From the NCBI GenBank assembly GCA_017608525.1, contig JAFCFS010000001.1, positions 1,934-65,933 of the forward strand: a stretch of DNA of 64,000 bases. The letters are read 5' to 3'. Shown piece by piece: positions 28,089 to 37,510 of the stretch (positions are counted from its first letter, which is position 1; every line of letters starts with the position of its first letter). The stretch is from Candidatus Woesearchaeota archaeon. Lineage in GTDB: Archaea > Nanobdellota > Nanobdellia > SCGC-AAA011-G17 > GW2011-AR17. The translations under genes and the position numbers were made by a program. Under the pieces are notes generated by a model. That model searched no databases. It had not been told where the DNA came from and was given only the letters and a program-made list of their open reading frames with translations.

Positions 28089-29919
28089 AATGTTTGAAAA
28101 AATAATTGAAAAAGAATGGGAAAAAGTTAAAAGAAGATTTATACCTAGTGTTTGGGGTGTAGTAATTGAAGAAGGTGAACACATAAGCATAAATGGTGAG
28201 AAAGAAGAAGTTAAGACTGCAGTATATTCACCAAAAAGGAGAACAATCGTAATAAATCCAGAATTTGTAAAATTTGTTAGCCAAAATCTAGATAACAGTG
28301 AAGTAATAAAAGCGATATTGCTCCATGAGATTGGCCATGAAAGATTCTTTCCGATGAATGCAAAAGCAACCATACTATTGTCTTATTATGCCCATGAAAA
28401 ATTTCCTGAAATAGGCGGTAGAGTGTGGGAGTTGTACGTTGATGTTGTGTGTAATCTCAAAAATATCCTTGTTGGCAATAATGAAATATTAGAATTTTAC
28501 AGAGCTTTGGATAAGCCACCACTCACTATATCTCCAGAAGATAAAGTTTGCAAATACTATTATGAACTCCAGGCAATTGAAGTAAATGAAAAAAATTTAG
28601 ACCAAAAATTAAAAGAGTTGAAAGTTGAAAAAGAACTTATTCCTTATGTTAAAAGAATGCTAGGGATTCCATTTATTCAAGAAGATGGTAGGGTTTTCAA
28701 AAATAGCTGTACAGACAAAGAATCCCTTGAAATCCACAAATCATTAATTTTACGTTTCGGGTTTATTATGGAAGATCTTCTTAAAGATCCTAAATTAGAG
28801 AATGTAAGAAGGAAAAACGAACAAGGGAAAAAGGGACAAGGTAGAGGAGGTGGAAAAGGAAAAAGGCTCGGAGATATAAAATTTACAGAGAAAGAAGTAA
28901 GGGAAGCTATGAAAGAAATAATGAAAGACGTAAGCAAAGAAGAATACGAGAAGATTAAAAAATTTCTTAAAGATAAGTATGGAATTGATTTAGACAAAGA
29001 AAACTCAAATATATTCAAAGGAATAGGAGTTGGGGGCGGAAAGTTTAGATATAATCCAGAAATCATATCATATTATCATGAATTAGCTTCTTCTTTCCCG
29101 TTATATATTAAGAAAAAGCCGATCGTTAGCAATACAGAAGATTTATACCCTGATCACTATACAGAGTGGAATGTCGGCGACCCTGTAAAAAGACTGAATA
29201 TTTATGTTTCTGGTGGCAAAATTTTTCCTGGTATAACTCAAAAAATGGAAGAGAAAAGAGGAAAAGCCTTGCTTGAGCTTGATATACCTCATGCTTTAAT
29301 TATGCTAGATTGTTCCGGAAGTATGCCAAATCCGGTAACAACCAAATCTATGGCTGTTGTTTCAGCTTATTGTTTAGCGATAAACTATCTGCAAAATGGC
29401 TCATATGTTGGCGGGATTGTTTTTGGAGGCGATACATATGTTCATCCATTTACTAGGGATTTATTGGAAATCGAAAGACACTTTACAATTTATGATGGGG
29501 GAGGAACAACAATAAACTTCGAAAAAGTAAAAGAGTTAATTCCAATCCCTGAGTTAAAAAAAATTGAAAAGGGCAAAGAAAATATCGAAGAAAGTGTTAA
29601 AAATTATTTGAAAGAAGAAATGCTTTACAAATATGCATTAGAAAAGAATGTTAAAATAAATACAAATTTCAAAATTGAAGAGTTGAAAAATTTAGACATA
29701 TTTGTCATTACTGATGGAGGAATTTGGAATCTTGGAGAGACTTTAACTTATCTTCATAGTTTTGCAAAGAAGAAAGCAAGAACACATATATTCCACACAG
29801 GGAACAGATACTCTTTTGATAAAAGTAAATTTCCAGAAAATGTTAGTGTTATTCCTATAGATAGCGAGGAGGATTTAATGAAAACAACAATTGGTGTTCT
29901 TAAACAGATTTTCACATAA
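28078..29919 (+). CDS. VWA-domain protein with N-terminal HExxH putative metallopeptidase-like domain (DUF2201_N/DUF2201-like, MoxR partner)
   Basis: N-terminal LLHEIGHERFF (HExxH), a Gly-rich linker, and a C-terminal VWA MIDAS motif LDCSGSM with downstream T and D residues. The alternative start at 28090 gives a 1-nt gap after the MoxR stop. Confidence 0.65.
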   Translation: MKNKMFEKIIEKEWEKVKRRFIPSVWGVVIEEGEHISINGEKEEVKTAVYSPKRRTIVINPEFVKFVSQNLDNSEVIKAILLHEIGHERFFPMNAKATILLSYYAHEKFPEIGGRVWELYVDVVCNLKNILVGNNEILEFYRALDKPPLTISPEDKVCKYYYELQAIEVNEKNLDQKLKELKVEKELIPYVKRMLGIPFIQEDGRVFKNSCTDKESLEIHKSLILRFGFIMEDLLKDPKLENVRRKNEQGKKGQGRGGGKGKRLGDIKFTEKEVREAMKEIMKDVSKEEYEKIKKFLKDKYGIDLDKENSNIFKGIGVGGGKFRYNPEIISYYHELASSFPLYIKKKPIVSNTEDLYPDHYTEWNVGDPVKRLNIYVSGGKIFPGITQKMEEKRGKALLELDIPHALIMLDCSGSMPNPVTTKSMAVVSAYCLAINYLQNGSYVGGIVFGGDTYVHPFTRDLLEIERHFTIYDGGGTTINFEKVKELIPIPELKKIEKGKENIEESVKNYLKEEMLYKYALEKNVKINTNFKIEELKNLDIFVITDGGIWNLGETLTYLHSFAKKKARTHIFHTGNRYSFDKSKFPENVSVIPIDSEEDLMKTTIGVLKQIFT

Positions 29920-29921
29920 AA

Positions 29922-30554
29922 ATGGATTCGTTAGAAAAGTGTTTCAAAAATGTGGAAAACCCAACAGAAGAAAAAGCTTCTGTTGTACTTGGAAATTCAA
30001 TAACAGTTGACGAACTTATTAATATTTTCAAAATAAAAGATGGAAAAATTTTAGGGGTAGTAGATAAAGATGGCCATATAGAATGGAATGAAAAGAAATT
30101 TATGGAAAAATGTGAAGTATTACAATCCTATACTGTAGAAAGGAAAATTCTTAATGAATTTATTTCTTATACAAGAAAAAATATTGATTTTTCATCAAGA
30201 ACAAACCTCCTTGGAGTTGGTGCAATAATCTCTGTTCTTGTACAAATCCTTTACGATAAAGGTGAAAACTACTTTAAATTTGGTGACGTAATTGCTAATG
30301 GCTTTTGTAGTTTTTTGAAAGGCAAAGAGAAAAACAAAATATGGATTCATGTTGATAAACTTTATGGTGAGGGTTGTCTTTTTGGAGCTCAAAATGTGAT
30401 TTTTGATGTCGATGCTCTTTATGGAAACGATCATGCAAATATGATTAAAAATTGTATCATTACTGTTGATGTATTTTCAGGAGAATCATTTTGCAACGTA
30501 AATTTTAATTCCTATTATTGCATAAAAAGAAAATTAAAAAGTTTCAAAAACTAA
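29922..30554 (+). CDS. hypothetical protein, third gene of the MoxR-VWA operon
   Basis: Starts 2 nt after the VWA gene stop. 210 aa with several Cys and no recognisable motif. Confidence 0.4.
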   Translation: MDSLEKCFKNVENPTEEKASVVLGNSITVDELINIFKIKDGKILGVVDKDGHIEWNEKKFMEKCEVLQSYTVERKILNEFISYTRKNIDFSSRTNLLGVGAIISVLVQILYDKGENYFKFGDVIANGFCSFLKGKEKNKIWIHVDKLYGEGCLFGAQNVIFDVDALYGNDHANMIKNCIITVDVFSGESFCNVNFNSYYCIKRKLKSFKN

Positions 30555-31505
30555 ATACACCATATACATTAAATAAATTACAAACAGCAATGTCCCTTCT
30601 ACCCTTGAAAGTCTCAATCTATGAAGAATAAAAAGAAGAAATATAGTTGAAATTATAAGCATAATTGCTGTATCAACTATTAGCCTAGGTACAATTTGTA
30701 ATGGCCTTGTTAATGCGCTTATCCCAACAATCATCAATGTATTAAAAACGCAACTCCCTATAACATTCCCCAAAGCTATGTTTCCTTCTTTCTTTAATGC
30801 TGCCACCACCGAAGTTACTAATTCTGGAAGTGAGGTTCCTATAGCGATAATTGAGAGACTTATTATGGCTTCATTAATCCCAAGATGTTCAGCAATTAGT
30901 ATTGACGAATCAACAGTAAGTTCTGCACCAAGAACAACACCAATTATCGACAAAACTATAAAAATGCAATGCATCAAAAAACTTTTCTTTTTCATCTTAA
31001 ATTCTTTTTCAAATTCTCTAAAAAGCCTAGTAGTTCTCCTTTGCTTGAGTGAAAGTATAGCAGTATAGACCATAAACATAAAAAAGAAAAATAATAGAAT
31101 TATCCCTGCCAACCTTGTTAAAACATATGGCTTATAAAAGAACAAGAGAAAAAAGAGAAGAAGACTACTACCAAGCATGAACGGAGCATCAATAATTAAA
31201 GTTGTTCTCTCAACCAATATTGGGGTAATCAAAGCTGCTAAACCTAGAACTAAACAAATATTTGCAATGTTACTCCCTATTATATTTCCTAACGAAAGAT
31301 TTCCTGAGCCTTTAATTGCGGCAATTACACTAACACTTAACTCAGGAGCGGATGTACCTATGGAAACAATCGTTAAACCAATTATTAATGGCGAAATCCC
31401 CAGATATCTAGCTATTCTTGAAGAACTATCCACTAAAGTTCCTGCAGCCTTCAAAAGGAGAGCTAAGCCAATTATTAAAACCATAAAATAAAATCTTAAC
31501 TCCAT
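30534..31505 (-). CDS. Ca2+/cation antiporter (CaCA family, YrbG-like)
   Basis: Two alpha-repeat signatures, GTSAPELSVSVIAA and GTSLPELVTSVVAA, in a 10-TM protein. Confidence 0.7.
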   Translation of the reverse strand: MELRFYFMVLIIGLALLLKAAGTLVDSSSRIARYLGISPLIIGLTIVSIGTSAPELSVSVIAAIKGSGNLSLGNIIGSNIANICLVLGLAALITPILVERTTLIIDAPFMLGSSLLLFFLLFFYKPYVLTRLAGIILLFFFFMFMVYTAILSLKQRRTTRLFREFEKEFKMKKKSFLMHCIFIVLSIIGVVLGAELTVDSSILIAEHLGINEAIISLSIIAIGTSLPELVTSVVAALKKEGNIALGNVIGSCVFNTLMIVGISALTRPLQIVPRLIVDTAIMLIISTIFLLFILHRLRLSRVEGTLLFVIYLMYMVYLVFETF

Positions 31506-31545
31506 ACTAATTTCTTATTATGGATTTTATTTAATTTTATCGATT

Positions 31546-32976
31546 TTACATCCTTTTAACAATTATAAAGCTTCTTAAGAATACCAAAAATGGGATAATC
31601 TCCATTCTTCCTAAAAGCATATGGATCATAAGTTGAATCTTTAATAATGGAGACATAAAAAAATATTCGTTTGGTTCAAGTACATTAAGACCAACATTTC
31701 CCTGAGCTGAAGCTACAGTAAATACAGATTTCATTACTGGATAACCTGCAAGCATAAAAATCATCGAACCTCCAACCAAAAATGCCAAATAAAGCAAAAT
31801 ATACGATATAGTTTTTAATGCTTCTTCATCAGACATGACTGTGTTTCCCATTTTTATATGTGTTATTGCATGCTCTGGCAAAAAGACTTTTAGTATTTGT
31901 CTTCTAATGACCTTAAACAATACCAAAGTACGCCATAATTTTATTGCCCCACCTGTAGATCCGTATGTTGGGCCGGAAATCATTAAAAAAATAAGAATAA
32001 GCGTAGCAACAGACGGAAATGCTCCTACTGGAAATTTAGTTGTGGCTCCAGTTCCAGTCAATGCTGATACAATATAAAACAACCCATCAAAATAGTTTCC
32101 CTTCTTTGTTAAATAGATTTCAAGAGAAACAAAAGCAAATGCAAATACTATTATGATAAACATAAATATTATTTCAGGATTTTTAAAGAACTGTTTTATT
32201 TTTCCTTTTATAAGATTATAGTGGCTTGCGAAACTTATTCCACCTATAAGCATTAATAAAATTGTTATACACATAGGCATAATTCCAAAATAACCAACTC
32301 CTATCTCATTTGTTGTAAAGCCACCAGTCGCTATTGAAGTAAGAGTGTTAATGAATGCATCAAATAAGGGTACACCAGAAATTAACATTAAACAAAAACC
32401 CAAAAGTGTAAAGAAAGCATATACAAGAACAATCATCCTGGCCACTTTAAGCAAATCTGTATAAAAATTTTCAGATCTTCCTTCTGCCAAAAAAAGAGTA
32501 AATGCCGTTTTTGGTCTTTCATAAAGCAATAAGACTAAGACAACAATACCAAAACCACCAACCCATTGAATTAAACCCCTCCAAAAATTTAAACTTAATG
32601 GTAGATTTTGTGGATTTTGTATCATACTAAAGCCAGTTCCTGTCCACCCAGAAAATGCTTCAAAAAATGCGTCTATAAATTTAATTCCATGCACCAAAAA
32701 TGGTATTGCTGAAGCTAAAGCTATGGATGTCCAGGCCAATGCAAGAGATATTACCGCATGCTTAAGCCTACATTCCTCCTTTTTTAAGAAATATTTGATT
32801 GTTGAAAATACTGCTATGAAGATAACAGCCATCAGTCCAAACAATTTAGTGAATTCTATTTCTTCAACAGCAAAAGAAAAAATTGTTGGCACAAGCAACA
32901 AAAAACCGAACGCCCTAAACATATTTGCTAGAATTTGCAATATGATAAGCCAATCCTTCCTGTGTATTTCCCCCAT
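31546..32976 (-). CDS. trkH: Trk/Ktr-type K+ transporter membrane subunit (TrkH family)
   Basis: Multiple pore-loop-like repeats (GWTGTGFS, SIATGGFTTNE, LTGTGATT) in a 476-aa polytopic protein. Confidence 0.7.
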   Translation of the reverse strand: MGEIHRKDWLIILQILANMFRAFGFLLLVPTIFSFAVEEIEFTKLFGLMAVIFIAVFSTIKYFLKKEECRLKHAVISLALAWTSIALASAIPFLVHGIKFIDAFFEAFSGWTGTGFSMIQNPQNLPLSLNFWRGLIQWVGGFGIVVLVLLLYERPKTAFTLFLAEGRSENFYTDLLKVARMIVLVYAFFTLLGFCLMLISGVPLFDAFINTLTSIATGGFTTNEIGVGYFGIMPMCITILLMLIGGISFASHYNLIKGKIKQFFKNPEIIFMFIIIVFAFAFVSLEIYLTKKGNYFDGLFYIVSALTGTGATTKFPVGAFPSVATLILIFLMISGPTYGSTGGAIKLWRTLVLFKVIRRQILKVFLPEHAITHIKMGNTVMSDEEALKTISYILLYLAFLVGGSMIFMLAGYPVMKSVFTVASAQGNVGLNVLEPNEYFFMSPLLKIQLMIHMLLGRMEIIPFLVFLRSFIIVKRM

Positions 32977-32996
32977 GAAAATGAAAGAAATTTTTT

Positions 32997-33752
32997 TTGT
33001 TTAAAATTTTTTTTGGAAAAGTTTATAAAAACCTCCTATTTGGGAAAGAAAAAATGTCATTAGAAAAAATCTTTAAAGAGAAAATTGAAAATGAAAACTC
33101 TAAAGATTTAAGTTTCGTCAAGCATGATTACTTAATTGAAGAAATACTAAAATTTATAGAAAAAGAACTGGGGAAAAACACTCTTGATTTCAATGGTGTA
33201 ACAAAAAGAACAAAAGATTTTATAAAAAATTATGGGATAACTCCAATGGACATTAGTAAATTGGTTTGTATCGCAAATGACTTTCAACAGGTAAAGAAGA
33301 TGAGGTATTTTCTCGGGACTATTTTTTCAGCAATAATTCAAGAATGCTATGAGCAAGGAAACAGATTTTTCAAATTCGAAAATCTAGAGATACCAGATTT
33401 TGGAAATTGCTTAAAATGTAGCGAAAATGAAAAAATCGAAATTGTGGTAGGGAGAGCAAATGCGGATAATTTATTTTCTGAAGCTCAAAATATTTCGATC
33501 AGTTGTGAAATTCTTGACACCGGTGCTTGGCTATTCTTACATAGAGCAAAAAATTGCTATGCTGAAATTAATAAAGCTAAAGGTTATTTTCTTTTCTGTG
33601 GAGCTGATGGGTGTAGGGCAAAAGTTATCGAATTGGACGAAGAAAAATATCCGTTATACAACTCAATAAATTGTTCACTTTATATAGAAAAAAGTGGGAT
33701 TAAATTAGAAACAACATACTTGGGATTTCTAGAAAGGTCTAAAAGGAAATGA
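32997..33752 (+). CDS. hypothetical protein (Cys-containing)
   Basis: 251-aa ORF. A more likely start is MSLEKIF at about 33054. No motif recognised. Confidence 0.35.
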   Translation: MFKIFFGKVYKNLLFGKEKMSLEKIFKEKIENENSKDLSFVKHDYLIEEILKFIEKELGKNTLDFNGVTKRTKDFIKNYGITPMDISKLVCIANDFQQVKKMRYFLGTIFSAIIQECYEQGNRFFKFENLEIPDFGNCLKCSENEKIEIVVGRANADNLFSEAQNISISCEILDTGAWLFLHRAKNCYAEINKAKGYFLFCGADGCRAKVIELDEEKYPLYNSINCSLYIEKSGIKLETTYLGFLERSKRK

Positions 33753-34000
33753 GAACTGTAAAAGAAGAGCTAAATAAAATCAAATGGGATAAAAGGGAAA
33801 ATCCAGAAGTTTATGAAATCGGGTATTATGATAGAATTTCACAAAAAGAGATAAGAATAAAATTTTGTGAGATAGAAAAAATAGAAGAAGGTTTCATTGT
33901 TGTTAGAGGGAAATTTATACCATTACACAGAATAAGAAAAATTTATAAGAAAGGAAGGCTGGTATGGGAAAGACATGGAATGCAAAAAAAACGAGAATAA
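33749..34000 (+). CDS. small conserved archaeal-type protein (possibly UPF0248/DUF504-like)
   Basis: 83 aa. [22 protein letters not shown] resembles the DUF504 C-terminal motif; assignment tentative. Confidence 0.3.
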   Translation: MRTVKEELNKIKWDKRENPEVYEIGYYDRISQKEIRIKFCEIEKIEEGFIVVRGKFIPLHRIRKIYKKGRLVWERHGMQKKRE

Positions 34001-34172
34001 AAAATTTTGCAATTGCACCTATCCTTGTGAAAAGAAGGGAATTTGTTGCGAATGTATAAAGTATCATAGAGAAAGAAACGAACTCCCTGCATGCTTTTTT
34101 GACGCTGAAACAGAAAAAACATATGATAGAAGTTTTGAAGCATTCATAGAAATGCACAAAAGAAAAGGATAA
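33975..34172 (+). CDS. small Cys-rich protein
   Basis: [20 protein letters not shown]...PACFF, seven Cys in 65 aa. Overlaps the previous ORF by 26 nt. Confidence 0.3.
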   Translation: MECKKNENKKFCNCTYPCEKKGICCECIKYHRERNELPACFFDAETEKTYDRSFEAFIEMHKRKG

Positions 34173-34207
34173 AAAAATTTTTATACCACCATCATATTAG
34201 TGAATTT

Positions 34208-35737
34208 ATGAACATTATAGAGATGCTTCATCCGTTGGAGAGGAAAGTTCTTCCATTTTTAAAAGAAGAAAAAACACTAAAGGGTCTAGTAAAAAAAACA
34301 GGACTTAAAGAAGTGGAGGTTATGAGAGCCCTCCAATGGTTGGAAAATAAGGGTTTGTTAAAAATCAAAATAGAACTCAAAGAAATTGTAACATTGGACA
34401 AATTTGGGAAAAAATATTGTGAAGAGGGCCTTCCTGAAAAAAAGTTTCTGACTTGTATTAAGGATGGGGAAAAAACAATACAGGAAATTAAAGAAAAAAC
34501 TAAATTAAACAACAATGAAATTAACGCATGTATAGGGATATTAAAAAATAGGGCTTTGATAGAATTTAAAAAAGGAGGTCTTATCACAATTACTAAGGAG
34601 GGAAAATTGTTTTTAGAAAGAGAAACTCTAGAAGAAAAATTTTTAAAGAAATTAAATGTTTGCGCAGAACTTGATGTATCTTCTTTGCAACCTGAAGAAA
34701 AATTTGCAGTTGAGGAACTGAAAAAAAGGAAGGGTTTAATTAATGTTAACATAAAAAAGATAAGGAGTATAGAATTGACCGAGTATGGAAGAAAGCTTCT
34801 CGAAAAAGGTATTCCGAGCAAGGAAGTTATAGACTCTGTAACTCCTGAAATTCTTTCCACTGGATCCTGGAAAAATAAAATTTTTAGAAAATATGATGTT
34901 AGAATTAATGTACCAAAAATATTTGGAGGTAAGAGACATTTCGTTAATTATGTTGTAGATTATATTAAAAGAATATGGCTTGATATGGGATTCAGGGAAA
35001 TGAAAGGTCCCTTACTCCTTCCATCATTCTGGAATTTTGATGCTCTGTTTGTACCGCAAGATCATCCTGCTAGAGAAATGCAGGATACATTTTACATAAA
35101 ATCTCCAAAAAAAGGAAAACTCCCGAAAAAGGAACTGGTTGAAAGAATAAGAAAAGTTCATGAAAATGGATACACAACCGGGAGCAAGGGATGGGGTTAT
35201 AAATGGGAAGCCAAAAAAGCAGAATTAAATATTTTAAGAACACAAACAACCGCTGTAAGTGCTATGACTCTGGCCAATCTTGATCTAAAAGAATTACCAA
35301 TGAAATTTTTTGCTATAGGAAAAAATTTTAGAAATGAAGCACCAGACTGGAGCCACTCATTTGAATTTATACAAACAGAAGGAATAGTTATTGATAAAAA
35401 CGCCAATTTAAGACACCTTATAGGCTATCTAAAAGAATTTTTCGGGAAGATGGGTTACAAAAAGATAAGAGTTAAACCATCTTTCTTTCCGTTTACAGAA
35501 CCATCCATGGAGGTTGAAGTTTATGACCCAAAGAGAAAGGAATGGATGGAAATAGCTGGTGCAGGTATATTTAGGCCAGAAGTTACTAAACCATTACTTG
35601 GAAAAGAAATTCCAGTCTTAGCATGGGGGATTGGTGTGGATAGGATGATGTTCAATTGCTACGATATTAAAGACATAAGAATAATTCGCAAAAATGATAT
35701 AAGTTTTTTAAGGGAAGTAAAACTTTGGCTCACGTAA
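34208..35737 (+). CDS. pheS: phenylalanyl-tRNA synthetase alpha subunit (archaeal type)
   Basis: N-terminal winged-helix repeats, then the class II core: motif 2 FRNEAPDWSHSFEFIQTEG, motif 3 GAGIFRPEV...GIGVDRMM. Confidence 0.9.
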   Translation: MNIIEMLHPLERKVLPFLKEEKTLKGLVKKTGLKEVEVMRALQWLENKGLLKIKIELKEIVTLDKFGKKYCEEGLPEKKFLTCIKDGEKTIQEIKEKTKLNNNEINACIGILKNRALIEFKKGGLITITKEGKLFLERETLEEKFLKKLNVCAELDVSSLQPEEKFAVEELKKRKGLINVNIKKIRSIELTEYGRKLLEKGIPSKEVIDSVTPEILSTGSWKNKIFRKYDVRINVPKIFGGKRHFVNYVVDYIKRIWLDMGFREMKGPLLLPSFWNFDALFVPQDHPAREMQDTFYIKSPKKGKLPKKELVERIRKVHENGYTTGSKGWGYKWEAKKAELNILRTQTTAVSAMTLANLDLKELPMKFFAIGKNFRNEAPDWSHSFEFIQTEGIVIDKNANLRHLIGYLKEFFGKMGYKKIRVKPSFFPFTEPSMEVEVYDPKRKEWMEIAGAGIFRPEVTKPLLGKEIPVLAWGIGVDRMMFNCYDIKDIRIIRKNDISFLREVKLWLT

Positions 35738-35738
35738 A

Positions 35739-37373
35739 ATGCCAACAATAACAATAAACAAAAAGGATCTTTTGAAGCTGTTGGGAAGAAAAATAGACGA
35801 AAAAAGGCTTTTAGATAGGATAACTATGCTAGGTCTTAGTATAGAAGATATTCAAGGTGAAGAACTTATCATAGAAGTTTTCCCAAACAGGGCCGATTTA
35901 TTGTCAGTTGAGGGTATTGCAAGAGCGCTTTCCTCTTTTTTGGGCATTAAAAAAGGATTAAGAAAATTTAAAGTTTATAATTCAAATTATCTTGCAAAAA
36001 TTGATAAAAAAGTTAAAAAAGTCAGACCTTATGCTGTTGCTGCTGTGGTTAAAGGAATTAAACTAAATGATTACATTATTCAAAGTATAATGCAGCTCCA
36101 AGAAAAATTACACGAAACATATGGAAGAAAAAGAAGAAAAGCATCTATAGGTATTTACGATTTGGACACCATAAAGTTTCCATTAATATATACAACCAAG
36201 CCAAAAAATTTTAAATTCGTTCCACTAGATATGGAAAAAGAATTAACACTTTCTGAAATTCTTGAAGTTCATCCAAAAGGTATAGAGTATAAACATCTAC
36301 TTGAAAATTTCAAAGAATTCCCTATTTGGATTGACTCAAATGGACAAGTATTATCTATGCCACCCGTAATAAATTCTAACGAAACAAGAGTGAAAGAAAC
36401 AACAAAAAACCTTTTTATCGATGTTACAGGACTTGATAAAAAAACTGTTGAGGATACACTTAATATAGTTGTCACTTCTTTAGCTGAAAGAGGAGGTAAG
36501 GTATATAGAGTTAAAATAGAAAACAAAAATTACCCAAATCTCGAACCAAAGACAATAAAAGTAGATATAGGCTATTGTAACAAAGTTTTGGGTCTTAAAT
36601 TGGATACTAAAAAATTTGCATTGCTCGCTAAGAAAATGGGGTTTGATTTTTTAAAAAACAAAATTTATTATCCTTGTTACAGAACAGATATAATGCACCA
36701 AATAGATATAGTAGAGGACATAGCAATTGCTTACGGCTATGAAAATATTAAAGAGAGTATTCCAAAAATTGCAACTATCGGCAAAGAGGACAAATTGGAG
36801 ATTATAAAAAGAAAAATTGCGGAAGCGTTGATTGGTTTAGGTTTTATAGAAACATTTACTTACCATCTAACAAGCAAAGAAAATCAATGCTCTAAAACTT
36901 GCGTGGAAATTCCTTTGGTAGAAATAGAAAACCCACAAAGTGAAGAATACAGTGTTTTGAGAAGTTGGTTAATCCCAATTCTCCTAGATGTACTTTCAAA
37001 AAATAAACATAATGAATACCCGCAAAAAATATTTGAGTCGGGAACAATATTCAAACTAAAAAATGGACAGGTTGAAGAAAATATTAGGCTTGCAGTTGCT
37101 ATATGCGATACAAAAGCAGATTTCACTGACATAAAACAAATTTTTGAGTATTTGATAAGGTTGCTTGGGCTAAACTACGAAATTGTTGAGGAAAAAGATC
37201 ATCCAAGTTTTATTCCAGGGAGAGTTATAAGGATAGCTATTAACGGGAAAAAAGTGGCTTGGTTGGGGGAAATCCATCCTAAAGTTCTTGAAAATTTTGA
37301 AATTGAAATGCCAGTTGCTGCATTCGAATTAAATCTGTCAGAATTATTCGGAAAGGAAAAAAATAAATACTAA
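35739..37373 (+). CDS. pheT: phenylalanyl-tRNA synthetase beta subunit (archaeal type)
   Basis: N-terminal B1/B3-B4-like region (EVFPNRADLLSVEGIARAL), B5 and a class II-like C-terminal domain. Starts 2 nt after pheS. Confidence 0.9.
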   Translation: MPTITINKKDLLKLLGRKIDEKRLLDRITMLGLSIEDIQGEELIIEVFPNRADLLSVEGIARALSSFLGIKKGLRKFKVYNSNYLAKIDKKVKKVRPYAVAAVVKGIKLNDYIIQSIMQLQEKLHETYGRKRRKASIGIYDLDTIKFPLIYTTKPKNFKFVPLDMEKELTLSEILEVHPKGIEYKHLLENFKEFPIWIDSNGQVLSMPPVINSNETRVKETTKNLFIDVTGLDKKTVEDTLNIVVTSLAERGGKVYRVKIENKNYPNLEPKTIKVDIGYCNKVLGLKLDTKKFALLAKKMGFDFLKNKIYYPCYRTDIMHQIDIVEDIAIAYGYENIKESIPKIATIGKEDKLEIIKRKIAEALIGLGFIETFTYHLTSKENQCSKTCVEIPLVEIENPQSEEYSVLRSWLIPILLDVLSKNKHNEYPQKIFESGTIFKLKNGQVEENIRLAVAICDTKADFTDIKQIFEYLIRLLGLNYEIVEEKDHPSFIPGRVIRIAINGKKVAWLGEIHPKVLENFEIEMPVAAFELNLSELFGKEKNKY

Positions 37374-37389
37374 AAATCTTCTTAAAAAT

Positions 37390-37472
37390 GGGCCTATGAT
37401 GTAACGGATAGCATGCACGGCTTCGGATGCAGAAGAAACCGTGTCGTGGAGGTTCGAATCCTCCTAGGCCCA
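37390..37472 (+). tRNA. tRNA-Arg(TCG) with 11-nt intron at canonical position 37/38
   Basis: Acceptor GGGCCTA/TAGGCCC, D-arm ATGT-AACGGATA-GCAT, anticodon stem CACGG, loop CTTCGG^[ATGCAGAAGAA]^A, CCGTG, T-arm GGAGG-TTCGAAT-CCTCC. Loop residues CTTC pair with intron GAAG, giving a bulge-helix-bulge-like splice motif. Confidence 0.65.
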
Positions 37473-37510
37473 TCAAAAACATTTTAAATTTCTAAAATTA
37501 TATTTTTATT

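Noticed and set aside
37279-37482. Minus-strand 67-aa ORF
   Set aside because: It overlaps tRNA-Arg (37390-37472) and the pheT 3' end; spurious.
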